34,283 nucleotides of DNA from an uncultured Candidatus Bathyarchaeia archaeon (GTDB lineage: Archaea; Thermoproteota; Bathyarchaeia; Bathyarchaeales; CAZOCN01). The notes under the pieces were generated by a model. The model worked only from the letters and a program-made list of their open reading frames with translations. It had not been told where the DNA came from and ran no database searches. The translations under genes were made by a program, and so were the position numbers. Of the stretch, positions 1 to 8,832 are shown one piece after another. The stretch spans positions 1 to 34,283 of the forward strand of contig CAZOCN010000002.1 in assembly GCA_964578315.1 (NCBI GenBank). The letters run 5' to 3'. The number at the start of each line of letters is the position of its first letter. Position 1 is the stretch's first letter.

Positions 1-159
1 AATAGTAAAATCTATGGAGGCGATCGAGAGGGATAAAATCCACTGAGATGCCATTGTTTATAAGTGGCTTATAAATAATGCCTCTGAAATCTTGATGGTG
101 AAGTCTACTCTGGTTTTTATAATAATGTCTGTTTACAAAAGTCAGGAAGAAATACTCCA

Positions 160-186
160 TATTAGACTTCAAATAGAGGGGCTATA
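160..186 (+). repeat. Copy A of an exact 27-bp repeat (TATTAGACTTCAAATAGAGGGGCTATA). Its reverse complement recurs at 21927-21953.
   Basis: Base-by-base comparison of both loci: 27/27 identical, with mismatches immediately outside. Flanks show gapped similarity (GTGTA..TATAG on one side, ATTTCT on the other). Confidence 0.9.
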
Positions 187-254
187 AGGATACACTGCGT
201 GTTAAGTAGGAACGTTTTTGGAAGCGTTCAGCACGAGTTGATCTTGGTAATCTG

Positions 255-1004
255 CTATCTCTTTAATTTATGGTAAACGTACGCAATGATGGAAACTATG
301 ATGATAATCGCCATAATTGGGTAGGGACTGGCTAGGAGGCGTTCATTTAAGCTCAAGGGCAACTCGAACGTGATTGATTCAGTAGTTGTTTTGATGTTGG
401 AAGCTTCTGTAGGGAGTATAAAGCAGAAGGACGCGTCAAATTCTGGAGTCACCGTGTCATTAAGGAGGAGAGCTGGATGGTTTTCTCCGTTTATTGTGCG
501 ATTTACAATCAACCATTCAGTCAGATTTTTTCCGAAGTATTCTGTGAAGTTTAAACTCCAGAATACTTTATCCTTTCTGTCGGTGAAGTTACAATGGAAT
601 TTTCTCCACTCGGCGGAGACAGTGTATACTTTGGTGAGGGAGGTCGTGTTGAGGGCAACTTGGACAATGTCAGCTCCTCCTAGATTGAAGGAAGCCCTTA
701 GGGACTTATCCGTATCGTCTAGGACTAGATCTGGATTGAGGTAGTATACATTCGTGAGGTTTTTCGAGTCCAGCGTCTCTATGATTATGTCGGGAAAGGT
801 TTGGGGAGTAAACTTCTCTTGATTCTCCTTTATTTGGGAGTAAAGAGTAGAGTTGATATTTTCAATTCTTATTGAAACGTATAAGTTTTCATCTACGGAG
901 GATTCAACATGCACCGATCCATAAACAGACGTTGATGAAGCTAAGAGAGTGAATGCAAGGAGGATAGAGAGAAACAACGATCTTTTATTTTTCCACGCCT
1001 CCAT
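255..1004 (-). CDS. Hypothetical secreted or membrane-anchored glycoprotein
   Basis: 249-aa ORF. It has a signal-like N-terminus (LFLSILLAFTLLASSTSVYG), a C-terminal hydrophobic anchor followed by KLKR, and 8 N-x-S/T sequons. No family recognised. Confidence 0.55.
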   Translation of the reverse strand: MEAWKNKRSLFLSILLAFTLLASSTSVYGSVHVESSVDENLYVSIRIENINSTLYSQIKENQEKFTPQTFPDIIIETLDSKNLTNVYYLNPDLVLDDTDKSLRASFNLGGADIVQVALNTTSLTKVYTVSAEWRKFHCNFTDRKDKVFWSLNFTEYFGKNLTEWLIVNRTINGENHPALLLNDTVTPEFDASFCFILPTEASNIKTTTESITFELPLSLNERLLASPYPIMAIIIIVSIIAYVYHKLKR

Positions 1005-1079
1005 AGACTCACCCCTTCCATCCCTTGAGGTTCTATTCTATCTTCCACCTTCTCCCCTTTAAAAGCTCTCCATAATTCC

Positions 1080-2003
1080 TCACTCAGATTTCGCATCTAG
1101 AGAAAAACCATGAGCCTCTACGTGATAGTCATCCTCTAAGTTGGAGAAGACTCTCTTTGCGAGTTCTCTAACTTTCGCTAGGTTCTCGCAATCTGATCGG
1201 CGACTGTCTATCGGAGTCTCCAAGATTAGAGGTTTCTCTCCCAATGGACTCTGTAATATGCTCATGAAACCAGACTCACCGATCTTCCCCAACCCTATAT
1301 GCTCATGCCTATCCAACCTCGATCCGAGATCTCCCCGCGAATCATTAAGATGGACCACCTTTAGGCGTTCAAGGCCGATGAGAGAATCGAAGACTTCGAT
1401 CAGATTCGTCACCGCCTCCGGAGTTCTCATGTCATATCCGCTAGCGAACCCATGACAGGTATCATAGCAGACCCCAAGGCATCGATCGTCCCCCACGCGA
1501 TCCATAATCTCTGCTATCTCCTCTAAACGTGACCCCACGGTGTTTCTGCCCCCAGCGGTGTTCTCTAACAGCAACGTCACGTCCCCCTCGACTTTAGAGA
1601 AGGCCCAGTCGATAGCCTCCACTATCCTTTCAAATCCGTACTCAATCCCCCTCCCTAAGTGGCTCCCCAGATGCGTAACCAGATAGGGTACTCCAAGTTG
1701 AACACACCTTTCCAACTCCACCTTCAGAGAATCAACAGATTTCCTATACACAACCTCCTTAGGAGAAGCCAAATTAGGGAGATAGGGCATATGAACAAAC
1801 ACCGGATCCAAACCTTCAGAGCCAACTCTCCTACGAAACTCCGAAACCTCTTCGCTCCTTAACTCACGATAAAACCATCCCCTCGGATTCCGAGTGAACA
1901 TCTGGAAAGTATTGCATCCCCTATCAAGCGCCCTCTCCACAGCGAGGACTATAGAACCAGAAATGGAAACATGCAACCCTAACCTCAAATTACGCTCCCG
2001 CAT
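1080..2003 (-). CDS. nfo: Endonuclease IV (AP endonuclease family 2)
   Basis: Motifs LGLHVSISGS, FTRNPRGW, VTHLGSH, LLENTAGG, CYDTCHGFASGYD, VHLNDS and DRHEHIGLGKIG. The maximal ORF reaches 2045, but the ATG at 2003 (MRERNLRLGLHVS) matches the usual family N-terminus. Confidence 0.9.
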   Translation of the reverse strand: MRERNLRLGLHVSISGSIVLAVERALDRGCNTFQMFTRNPRGWFYRELRSEEVSEFRRRVGSEGLDPVFVHMPYLPNLASPKEVVYRKSVDSLKVELERCVQLGVPYLVTHLGSHLGRGIEYGFERIVEAIDWAFSKVEGDVTLLLENTAGGRNTVGSRLEEIAEIMDRVGDDRCLGVCYDTCHGFASGYDMRTPEAVTNLIEVFDSLIGLERLKVVHLNDSRGDLGSRLDRHEHIGLGKIGESGFMSILQSPLGEKPLILETPIDSRRSDCENLAKVRELAKRVFSNLEDDYHVEAHGFSLDAKSE

Positions 2004-2093
2004 ACCGAGACCGCACACAACAGCCTTAATTCTCCCTAAAAACATTAATATTTAAAGGATAGCATCTATAACATAGTTATAGGAGAGGGCGAG

Positions 2094-2315
2094 TTGAAAG
2101 CGGAAGTTGAGAAGATAATCAAGGAGATACAACCACACCTCAGAGCAGACGGTGGAGATATAGAACTCGTCGATGTCGATGAAGAAGGAACTGTCAAAGT
2201 AAGACTCAAGGGAGCCTGTGCCGGATGCCCAATGTCGCGGATGACCCTCCAATGGGGTGTAGAACGGTACCTAAAGAAGAAGATACCCCAAGTTAAGAGA
2301 GTAGTAGCGGTCTAA
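2094..2315 (+). CDS. NifU C-terminal-domain (Nfu-like) Fe-S cluster scaffold/carrier protein
   Basis: 73 aa with HLRADGGDIELVDV...VKVRLKGACAGCPMS, the typical Nfu CxxC core. TTG start. Confidence 0.85.
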   Translation: MKAEVEKIIKEIQPHLRADGGDIELVDVDEEGTVKVRLKGACAGCPMSRMTLQWGVERYLKKKIPQVKRVVAV

Positions 2316-2396
2316 ACCGAGAACAGCATTCCCTGCAGGCTTCCGCAACCCCAATTTTATAGGAAAAATTCTTCAACTCACTTAGTCACTCATTAA

Positions 2397-2888
2397 TTGA
2401 GGGGTCTAGATCTGGAAGGTAAACCTCAACATAGAGTTCGAGTGAGATTCTTCCAGCCAGCAGATACCGAAGAAGTTTATGAGATCGAAAGAGAGAGTTT
2501 TCCGAATCCATGGAGCCCCTACATATTCCTACAGATGCACTATAGTAATCCAGAGAACTTCTTAGTTGTGGAGGAAGACGGGCGAATTATTGGATACGCC
2601 GTATTCACTATCAAAAACAACCCCTTCCCTCTTGGACATTTACTAAATTTAGCAGTGAAGGAAAGCTACAAGAGGCAAGGAGTCGGAAGCCTTCTCTTGA
2701 AGACTGTTCTGCGTATGCTAGAGGAGAAGAGAACAAAAGAGGTGTATCTAGAGGTTAACAAGGCGAATATAGCCGCTAGGAGATTCTACGCATCCTTCGG
2801 CTTCAAAGAGGATAGAAAAATAAAGAATTATTATGGAACTGGAGAAGACGCAATAATAATGCGCCTTAAACTTGGGAGACAAAAATGA
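2397..2888 (+). CDS. rimI: GNAT N-acetyltransferase, RimI-like (ribosomal protein / N-terminal acetyltransferase)
   Basis: IERESFPNPWS, GYAVF, LAVKESYKRQGVGSLLL and FYASFGF. The true start may be a GTG at 2436 or 2442. Confidence 0.8.
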   Translation: MRGLDLEGKPQHRVRVRFFQPADTEEVYEIERESFPNPWSPYIFLQMHYSNPENFLVVEEDGRIIGYAVFTIKNNPFPLGHLLNLAVKESYKRQGVGSLLLKTVLRMLEEKRTKEVYLEVNKANIAARRFYASFGFKEDRKIKNYYGTGEDAIIMRLKLGRQK

Positions 2889-2985
2889 CGCCTCAAGGTT
2901 GAATAGATTCTCACATTTTCTATCTTGTCCACCGCTTACCTACTTTTTAGCTAATTCCGATCTATGAGCAGAAAACGTACGGGTC

Positions 2986-3861
2986 TTATGCCGGAGGGTT
3001 ATAATCTGTTATTTCCAGGCTCAAATCTACCGCTTTCACCGAGTGCGTTAGGGCTCCTATGGAGATTATATCTGGTCCGGTTCGGGCATACTCGATGATG
3101 TTGGTCTCGTCTATTCCCCCTGAAACTTCTATTAGTACTCGATCACGGAGACCCTTTTCTTTCAGCAATTTCAAAGTCTCTCTTAACTGTTCAGGAGTCA
3201 TGTTGTCGAGCATCACGATGTCGGCGCCTGTCTCAGCTGCCTCTAGAGCTTCCATCGCCGATTTAGCCTCAACTTCTATCTTCTTGATGAAACTCACAGC
3301 TTTCCTAGCTGCTTCAACAGCCTCCCGAGGGCTTCCAACGATAGCCAGGTGATTGTCCTTTATCAAAACTGCGTCGTCTAACCTGAAACGATGTGTGTCT
3401 CCGCCTCCAATCTGGACAGCCCTTTTATCGAAATATCTTAGCCCCGGCGCCGTCTTCCTTGTGGCGGCTAATCGAACTTCAAGTTTTGCGTCTCTGAGCA
3501 TCCTCGTCAACTTCCGAGTGAAGGTTGCGATTCCACTCATCCGCATCAGTATATTCAGGGCGGTTCTCTCCGCGGTTAATATTACGCGCCCATCTCCTTC
3601 AAGCTCAGCTACCACCACGTTAGCCTCAACTTCATCGCCGTCCTTCACCATAGACCGGAAATTCACGCCTAAAACACTGAATAGAAGGGAGACTTCCATC
3701 AATCCGGCTACCGTTGCAGGCTCCTTGAATATTATTTGCGCCTTAACATTCAATCCAGAGGGGATTAGCGCATTCGTTGTTATATCTTCAAAACCCATAT
3801 CCTCCTCCAAAAAGCTCAGGAGTTTCTCTTTAAGAACTGGATCGGGCACGCCCATAAACAT
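2986..3861 (-). CDS. nadC: Nicotinate-nucleotide pyrophosphorylase (quinolinate phosphoribosyltransferase)
   Basis: ERTALNILMRMSGIAT, ATRKTAPGLR, KRAVQIGGGDTHRFRLDDAVLIKDNH, VEVEA and MLDNM. Confidence 0.92.
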   Translation of the reverse strand: MFMGVPDPVLKEKLLSFLEEDMGFEDITTNALIPSGLNVKAQIIFKEPATVAGLMEVSLLFSVLGVNFRSMVKDGDEVEANVVVAELEGDGRVILTAERTALNILMRMSGIATFTRKLTRMLRDAKLEVRLAATRKTAPGLRYFDKRAVQIGGGDTHRFRLDDAVLIKDNHLAIVGSPREAVEAARKAVSFIKKIEVEAKSAMEALEAAETGADIVMLDNMTPEQLRETLKLLKEKGLRDRVLIEVSGGIDETNIIEYARTGPDIISIGALTHSVKAVDLSLEITDYNPPA

Positions 3862-3939
3862 TAAGCCTCCAACCCTAATTGGTTTACAGTCTAAACGTGC
3901 TTAAAAGATATTCACTACCTCTGGAGATGATTTTAACGT

Positions 3940-4890
3940 TTAGGAAACGACCTCGAACATCCGCTTTAGAGAAGCGTAGGCCTTCTTAACGATAGTTGGT
4001 GAGAGCTTCACTTGATATTTCTCATCCCTTAAGGCGAGATACACCTTCTCTAAAGTGTTGATTTTCATGTTAGGGCATATGGCGCCCTCGTAAGCTGGGA
4101 TGAACTTCTTCACAGGGTTCTCTTTTCTCAGTCTATGGAGTATCCCCACTTCCGTTCCCACAATGAAGCCTTTAGCGTCGGTGTTTTTAGCGTAACGGCA
4201 CATCTGGGAGGTGCTCCCTACGAAGTCTGCTATCCGCTGAGTTTCAGGGGGGCATTCAGGATGAACCATCACCACGTAATCTCCGTAATCCTCCTTCAAG
4301 AATTCTATCTCTTCTCTCTCGATTATGGTATGTGTGGGACAGAAGCCCTTCTCCGGCATAGGGATTACCTCCTTCCCCGTCTTCTGTTCAACATACCACG
4401 CAAGATTACGGTCTGGACCGAAAAGAACTTTATCGGAATTCAAAGCCTCCACTATCTTCACTGCATTCGCGGAGGTGCAACAAATGTCACATTGCGCCTT
4501 AGCCGCGGCGTATGTATTGACGTAGAGTACGACTGGGACGCCGGGATACTTCCTTTTCCACATCAGCAGAATATTGACTGGTAACATCTGGGCCATAGGG
4601 CATCTCGCCCCGAGACTAGGAAGCAACACCTTTTTTTCAGGGTTTAAAATGTAGGCGGACTCGGCCATGAAATCTACTGCCGAGAAGATTATCAACTTCG
4701 CATCCTTCTCTTCCATCGCCCTCTTACTTAGCTCTATGCTATCACCGACATAATCGGCGATGTCTTGAATCTCTGGCCTCTGGTAATTATGCGCTAAGAT
4801 TAGCGCTTTCTTTTCTTTTTTTAACGCATGTATCTTTCGGATGAGTTCTGAATCTTTATCCTCCATTTTTAGAATGCCTTCTTTCCACAT
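3940..4890 (-). CDS. nadA: Quinolinate synthase
   Basis: LILAHNYQRPEIQDIADYVGDS, CPMAQM, VLYVNT, HPECP and GTEVGILHRL. It lies next to nadC. Confidence 0.92.
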   Translation of the reverse strand: MWKEGILKMEDKDSELIRKIHALKKEKKALILAHNYQRPEIQDIADYVGDSIELSKRAMEEKDAKLIIFSAVDFMAESAYILNPEKKVLLPSLGARCPMAQMLPVNILLMWKRKYPGVPVVLYVNTYAAAKAQCDICCTSANAVKIVEALNSDKVLFGPDRNLAWYVEQKTGKEVIPMPEKGFCPTHTIIEREEIEFLKEDYGDYVVMVHPECPPETQRIADFVGSTSQMCRYAKNTDAKGFIVGTEVGILHRLRKENPVKKFIPAYEGAICPNMKINTLEKVYLALRDEKYQVKLSPTIVKKAYASLKRMFEVVS

Positions 4891-4981
4891 TAACGCCTTT
4901 TAAATAATTTTACTCCTTCATTTAAACCTATTTTGACGCATGCAGTGTTTTATAAATATCAGAAGGTTTTAACCTTAAATT

Positions 4982-5008
4982 TATAACGCGTATAACGCAG
5001 TATCACGT
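4982..5008. promoter_or_regulatory. Three tandem 9-10-nt units (TATAACGCG / TATAACGCA / G-TATCACGT) between a TATA-like box (TTTATAAATA, about 4948-4957) and the SD/ATG of the SIS gene. Candidate operator.
   Basis: Direct reading of 4981-5010. The one-helical-turn spacing and the position downstream of the TATA box are typical of archaeal repressor sites. Confidence 0.3.
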
Positions 5009-5027
5009 TAAGGGGGAGGCCTGATTA

Positions 5028-6173
5028 ATGAGGGGAAGAGTATGTGAGATCGGGTATATAAACAGGATAATTGATAATTTGAGAACTGTTAAGAGAGAGC
5101 AAGTTCTCCCCCTTTACGATGCTCTACGATCCGCTGACTGTATAATTTGTGGCGGTTCAGGTAGATCCCTATACTCCCTGAACACGGCTATGAGTCAGAT
5201 AGCGAGGATCAGAGACTCCAAGATGGTGATCACACCTGATGATACGGGTTTTCCAGGTAGAAATATGTATGATGCGGCTTCGACTTTGGAGAGAAGATAT
5301 AAGCGTATACTATTGATGTTAACTTCTGGGAGTGGAGAGTCGGAAGACCCTAAAACCCTAGCGGAGGATTTGAAGCGGTATTTAGATGAGACTGGAAGCG
5401 ACCATTTCACCATGGGACTTATTACATCAAATCCCAACTCTTCCATAGCTAGAACAGTGCGGGAACACGGTTACGTTGTGGAGTTAGCGGGGAGGATGGA
5501 GAAGGCCATTTCACCAGAGTATAGTGAGACTGGAATCATGGGAGATGTCTTTGAGCTTGGGAGCCTATGCCTCCTCCAGATGATGATTAACGCCATATTC
5601 GAGAACCAACCAGTTGACAGAGTTTATGAGTTGATGGAGGAGGAATTCCCCTTCATCGGCGAGATAATAAACACAAACGTTGAGTCGGAAGCCTACGAGA
5701 AAGCCTTAGATATGCTGGAGAGGCGCAGTGACGTCTTTCTCGGAGGGAGAGGAACCGCTAACGAAGTTGCTAAGATGACTGCGATAAGGCTCTTCCACAT
5801 AAAGAGGGCGCTAGGAGATAACGTCTACATAGCGAGAGGAGTTAACACACCACGTCCCAGAATGGGCGACCTAGAGATACTCTTATCCTATAGCGGCGAG
5901 ACTAGAACCGTCGTGAACTGGTGCAGAATCTTCAAGAGTTGTGGAGGCATAGTTCTCGCCATCGTAGGCAACGGCGATTCACCGCTTGCCAGAAACTCCG
6001 ATTACCAAGTGATACTCCACGAAGAAGTGAAAAGTGGACAACCTAGAAACTTCTATATGAGGGCAGCCTTCTTGCTGAGTCCTCTCCCAGTGAAACTAGC
6101 TGAAAGATTAAACAAGCGGGGGTTGATGCTACCGGAGTATCTGCTGAACTGGTATCACTCAGTTATTCAATAA
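5028..6173 (+). CDS. Tandem SIS-domain protein (two phosphosugar isomerase/binding modules, each resembling 6-phospho-3-hexuloisomerase)
   Basis: Half 1 has CGGSGRSLYSLNTAMSQIARI and LTSGSGESEDP. Half 2 has GGRGTANEVAKMTAIRLFHI and LSYSGETRTV. GGAGG lies 8 nt upstream of the ATG. Confidence 0.7.
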   Translation: MRGRVCEIGYINRIIDNLRTVKREQVLPLYDALRSADCIICGGSGRSLYSLNTAMSQIARIRDSKMVITPDDTGFPGRNMYDAASTLERRYKRILLMLTSGSGESEDPKTLAEDLKRYLDETGSDHFTMGLITSNPNSSIARTVREHGYVVELAGRMEKAISPEYSETGIMGDVFELGSLCLLQMMINAIFENQPVDRVYELMEEEFPFIGEIINTNVESEAYEKALDMLERRSDVFLGGRGTANEVAKMTAIRLFHIKRALGDNVYIARGVNTPRPRMGDLEILLSYSGETRTVVNWCRIFKSCGGIVLAIVGNGDSPLARNSDYQVILHEEVKSGQPRNFYMRAAFLLSPLPVKLAERLNKRGLMLPEYLLNWYHSVIQ

Positions 6174-6354
6174 AAGGAGTCTAACGAAGCACTCACCGGC
6201 CCGTCTAGTTTCTTATGCTCTATTTCATCATCACCAAAAAAGAAGTGCTAGGATAATTCAATACTTGAACGCTTAAAGTAAAATCTACGTTAAATTTATC
6301 TTTCCTTGAAATCAACTAACGCTTAAACTTTATGATAGTCTGGAGCGAATTTAA

Positions 6355-7722
6355 TTGAGTAAAGTAAGTTGGTCATCAGACGACTCAAGAGAAGTGGGCT
6401 ATTTCTCCCTACGTGGAAAAATAGGTAAGAGGTTCCCGTTAATCGAGAGAGCTGAAGGGGTCTACATCTTCGATAAGGAAGGGAGGAGGTATCTAGACGG
6501 TAGTTCTGGAGTGGTATGCGTGAATATTGGATACGGAGTGAAGGAAGTTAATGAAGCTATGAGAAGACAAGCTGAGAAGACAGCTTATGCGCCCTTCAGC
6601 TTCGAATCCGAACCCGCCTTAAAATTAGCTGAACTTATCACCAAGCTCACACCTAAACCTTTAAGGAAGGTAACCTTCGTTTCTGGAGGCTCCGAAGCCG
6701 TTGAGACCGCGATAAAACTTGCAAGAGCTTACCATCTGGAGAACGGTGATAAGACAAAGTATAAAGTTATCTCGAGGTGGTTGAGTTTTCACGGCAACAC
6801 TTTAGGAGCTCTATCCGCCACCGGCTATATTATGCGAAGGCGACCCTACGAGCCCTTACTACAAGATTGGCCTCACATCCCTCCCGCCTACTGTTACCGC
6901 TGCCCCTATGGAAAAACGTACCCCGACTGCGACATAGACTGCGCTCTAGAACTAGAACGCACTATAAAACGGTACGGTCCAGAGTACATTTCAGCCTTTA
7001 TAGCTGAGCCCTTCGTAGGGACGACAGCTGGTTGCATATACCCACCTAAAGAGTACTTCCCTATAATCCGTGAAACCTGCGATAAGTATAATGTTCTCTT
7101 CATAGCAGACGAGGTGATGACTGGATTCGGGAGGACGGGGAAGAACTTCGGCATAGACCACTGGAACGTTACACCCGACATAATGGCCTGCTCTAAAGGG
7201 TTAGGATGTGGCTATACTCCAATCGGATGCGTAATCTTCACCAACAAGATATACGAGACTTTCAGTGAGGGGTCTAAAGTTTTCATCCACGGCTTCACCT
7301 ACATGAGTAACCCTCTATCCTGCGCCATAGCCTACGCCGTCATAAGCTATCTCCTAAAGAACAAACTCGTAGAGAAGTCAGCAGAGCTGGGAGAGACCCT
7401 AGGTAGGAAGTTAAATGCCCTTTATGAGCATCATAAGTCTATAGGTGACATAAGGGGGAAGGGGCTCTTCTACGGCGTAGAGTTCGTTCAAGACCGCGAG
7501 ACAAAGAAACCCTTCCCTCAGGAACGGAACTTTGCAGCTACATTACTGGATAAAGCAATGGATAATGGTCTCGTCCTCTACTCGGGATCCAAGTTTCTGG
7601 AGGGCGAAGTCGGCGACCACGTCCATATCTCACCACCCTTAGTCATAACCCCGCCTCAGATAGACGAGTTGATAGAGCTCTTTTCAAAGAGCCTAACTGA
7701 CGTGGAGAAGAACCTACTATGA
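6355..7722 (+). CDS. Class-III (omega-type) PLP-dependent aminotransferase
   Basis: GSSGVVCVNIGYG, FVSGGSEAVETAIKLAR, FIADEVMTGFGRTGKNFG, catalytic-Lys context ACSKGLG, and IRGKGLFYGVEF. TTG start. Confidence 0.9.
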   Translation: MSKVSWSSDDSREVGYFSLRGKIGKRFPLIERAEGVYIFDKEGRRYLDGSSGVVCVNIGYGVKEVNEAMRRQAEKTAYAPFSFESEPALKLAELITKLTPKPLRKVTFVSGGSEAVETAIKLARAYHLENGDKTKYKVISRWLSFHGNTLGALSATGYIMRRRPYEPLLQDWPHIPPAYCYRCPYGKTYPDCDIDCALELERTIKRYGPEYISAFIAEPFVGTTAGCIYPPKEYFPIIRETCDKYNVLFIADEVMTGFGRTGKNFGIDHWNVTPDIMACSKGLGCGYTPIGCVIFTNKIYETFSEGSKVFIHGFTYMSNPLSCAIAYAVISYLLKNKLVEKSAELGETLGRKLNALYEHHKSIGDIRGKGLFYGVEFVQDRETKKPFPQERNFAATLLDKAMDNGLVLYSGSKFLEGEVGDHVHISPPLVITPPQIDELIELFSKSLTDVEKNLL

Positions 7723-7797
7723 GAGGCGGAATTAGGGAATCCACGATATTGTTAAATCCAGTACGGGTTGAATAATTGGAGAATGAAGTGAAAGATT

Positions 7798-8832
7798 GTG
7801 CAGATTGGAGATCTACCTAGAGTTAGATTGGCTAATATACCTACACCCCTACAGGAGGCTAGACGCCTCACTGAAGCTATTGGTGGACCGAGAATTCTCA
7901 TCAAACGGGATGACCTCACGGGATTGGCCTTCGGCGGGAACAAAACGAGGATTCTCGAATTTGTGATGGGGGATGCTGTAGCGAAGGGAACAGATGTTAT
8001 ATTGGCGTATGCTGGATGGCACTCTAACTGGTGCAGTCAGGTCGCGGCTGCGGCTAAGAAGTTAGGCATGGACGTTATCCTCTTCAAAGAGGCTGCTAAA
8101 GACGGTTATGACCCGGAGGAGTATGACGGGAATCAGCTCCTCCACTTCCTCTTAGGAGCCGATATAAGGGCCTTCAGTTCTGGTGTTAAGGCTGTGAAAG
8201 CGAAGGAAGAAGCCCTTAGAATACTGAAAGAGGAGGGGCGGCATCCCTATGACGCTAATAGATCTCCTTACGCACCTATTGGATATCTCAATTGTATGAC
8301 TGAGACCCTCTCTCAAGCCAATGATATGGGGATAAGGATAGATTACATCGTCCACGCCGCCGGCTCAGGGATGACTCAGTCAGGGCTTATCCTAGGTTCC
8401 CTCGCTCTAAACTCCGGAATCAAGGTTTTGGGAATAAGCATATCGTCCATGGAAGATTACCAGAGGAAGACGGCAGAGAGGGTTAATGAGTGTGCAGCGC
8501 TACTCGGACTTGATATACGAGTCTCAGAGAGAGACGTTCTCGTAAATGGTGACTACTTAACGGGAGGATATGGAATAATCGACGAGAGCGTTGTTGAAGC
8601 AATAAAACTCCTCGCAAGAACAGAGGGCATATTCGTTGACCCCGTCTACACAGCTAAAGCCCTAGCTGGCCTAATAGACCTCGCCAGAGGAGGGTACTTC
8701 TCAAAGGACGACGTGGTGGTCTTCCTCCACACAGGCGGAATCGCGGGTATATTCCCCTATCGAGGACCCATTAAAGCATTAGCCCAATCTAAGCCTCCGC
8801 CATGGAAAAAACCTCCATGGGCTCCTCCATAA
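7798..8832 (+). CDS. ACC deaminase / D-cysteine desulfhydrase family PLP enzyme (Trp-synthase-beta fold)
   Basis: IPTPLQE, LIKRDDLTGLAFGGNKTRILEF (PLP-Lys motif), VHAAGSGMTQSGL, DPVYTAKA and LHTGG. It carries an unusual Pro/Trp-rich tail, KPPPWKKPPWAPP. Confidence 0.85.
   Translation: MQIGDLPRVRLANIPTPLQEARRLTEAIGGPRILIKRDDLTGLAFGGNKTRILEFVMGDAVAKGTDVILAYAGWHSNWCSQVAAAAKKLGMDVILFKEAAKDGYDPEEYDGNQLLHFLLGADIRAFSSGVKAVKAKEEALRILKEEGRHPYDANRSPYAPIGYLNCMTETLSQANDMGIRIDYIVHAAGSGMTQSGLILGSLALNSGIKVLGISISSMEDYQRKTAERVNECAALLGLDIRVSERDVLVNGDYLTGGYGIIDESVVEAIKLLARTEGIFVDPVYTAKALAGLIDLARGGYFSKDDVVVFLHTGGIAGIFPYRGPIKALAQSKPPPWKKPPWAPP

Noticed and set aside
370-744. 124-aa + strand ORF that would lie downstream of repeat copy A
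   Set aside because: It is entirely antisense to the 249-aa glycoprotein ORF, which has coherent signal, TM and sequon architecture. The + strand translation has no features.
3353-3904. 183-aa + strand ORF (also 3059-3352)
   Set aside because: It is fully antisense to the well-supported nadC gene. The low-complexity Ser/Thr/Ala/Pro-rich translation is typical of shadow ORFs.
4135-4584. 149-aa and 66-aa + strand ORFs
   Set aside because: They are antisense shadows of nadA with no recognisable motifs.
6150-6235. Possible C/D-box sRNA on the minus strand (GTGATGATGA ... CTGA)
   Set aside because: The spacing of about 80 nt is too long. No convincing D'/C' pair is present, and the putative D box lies inside the SIS gene's coding end.
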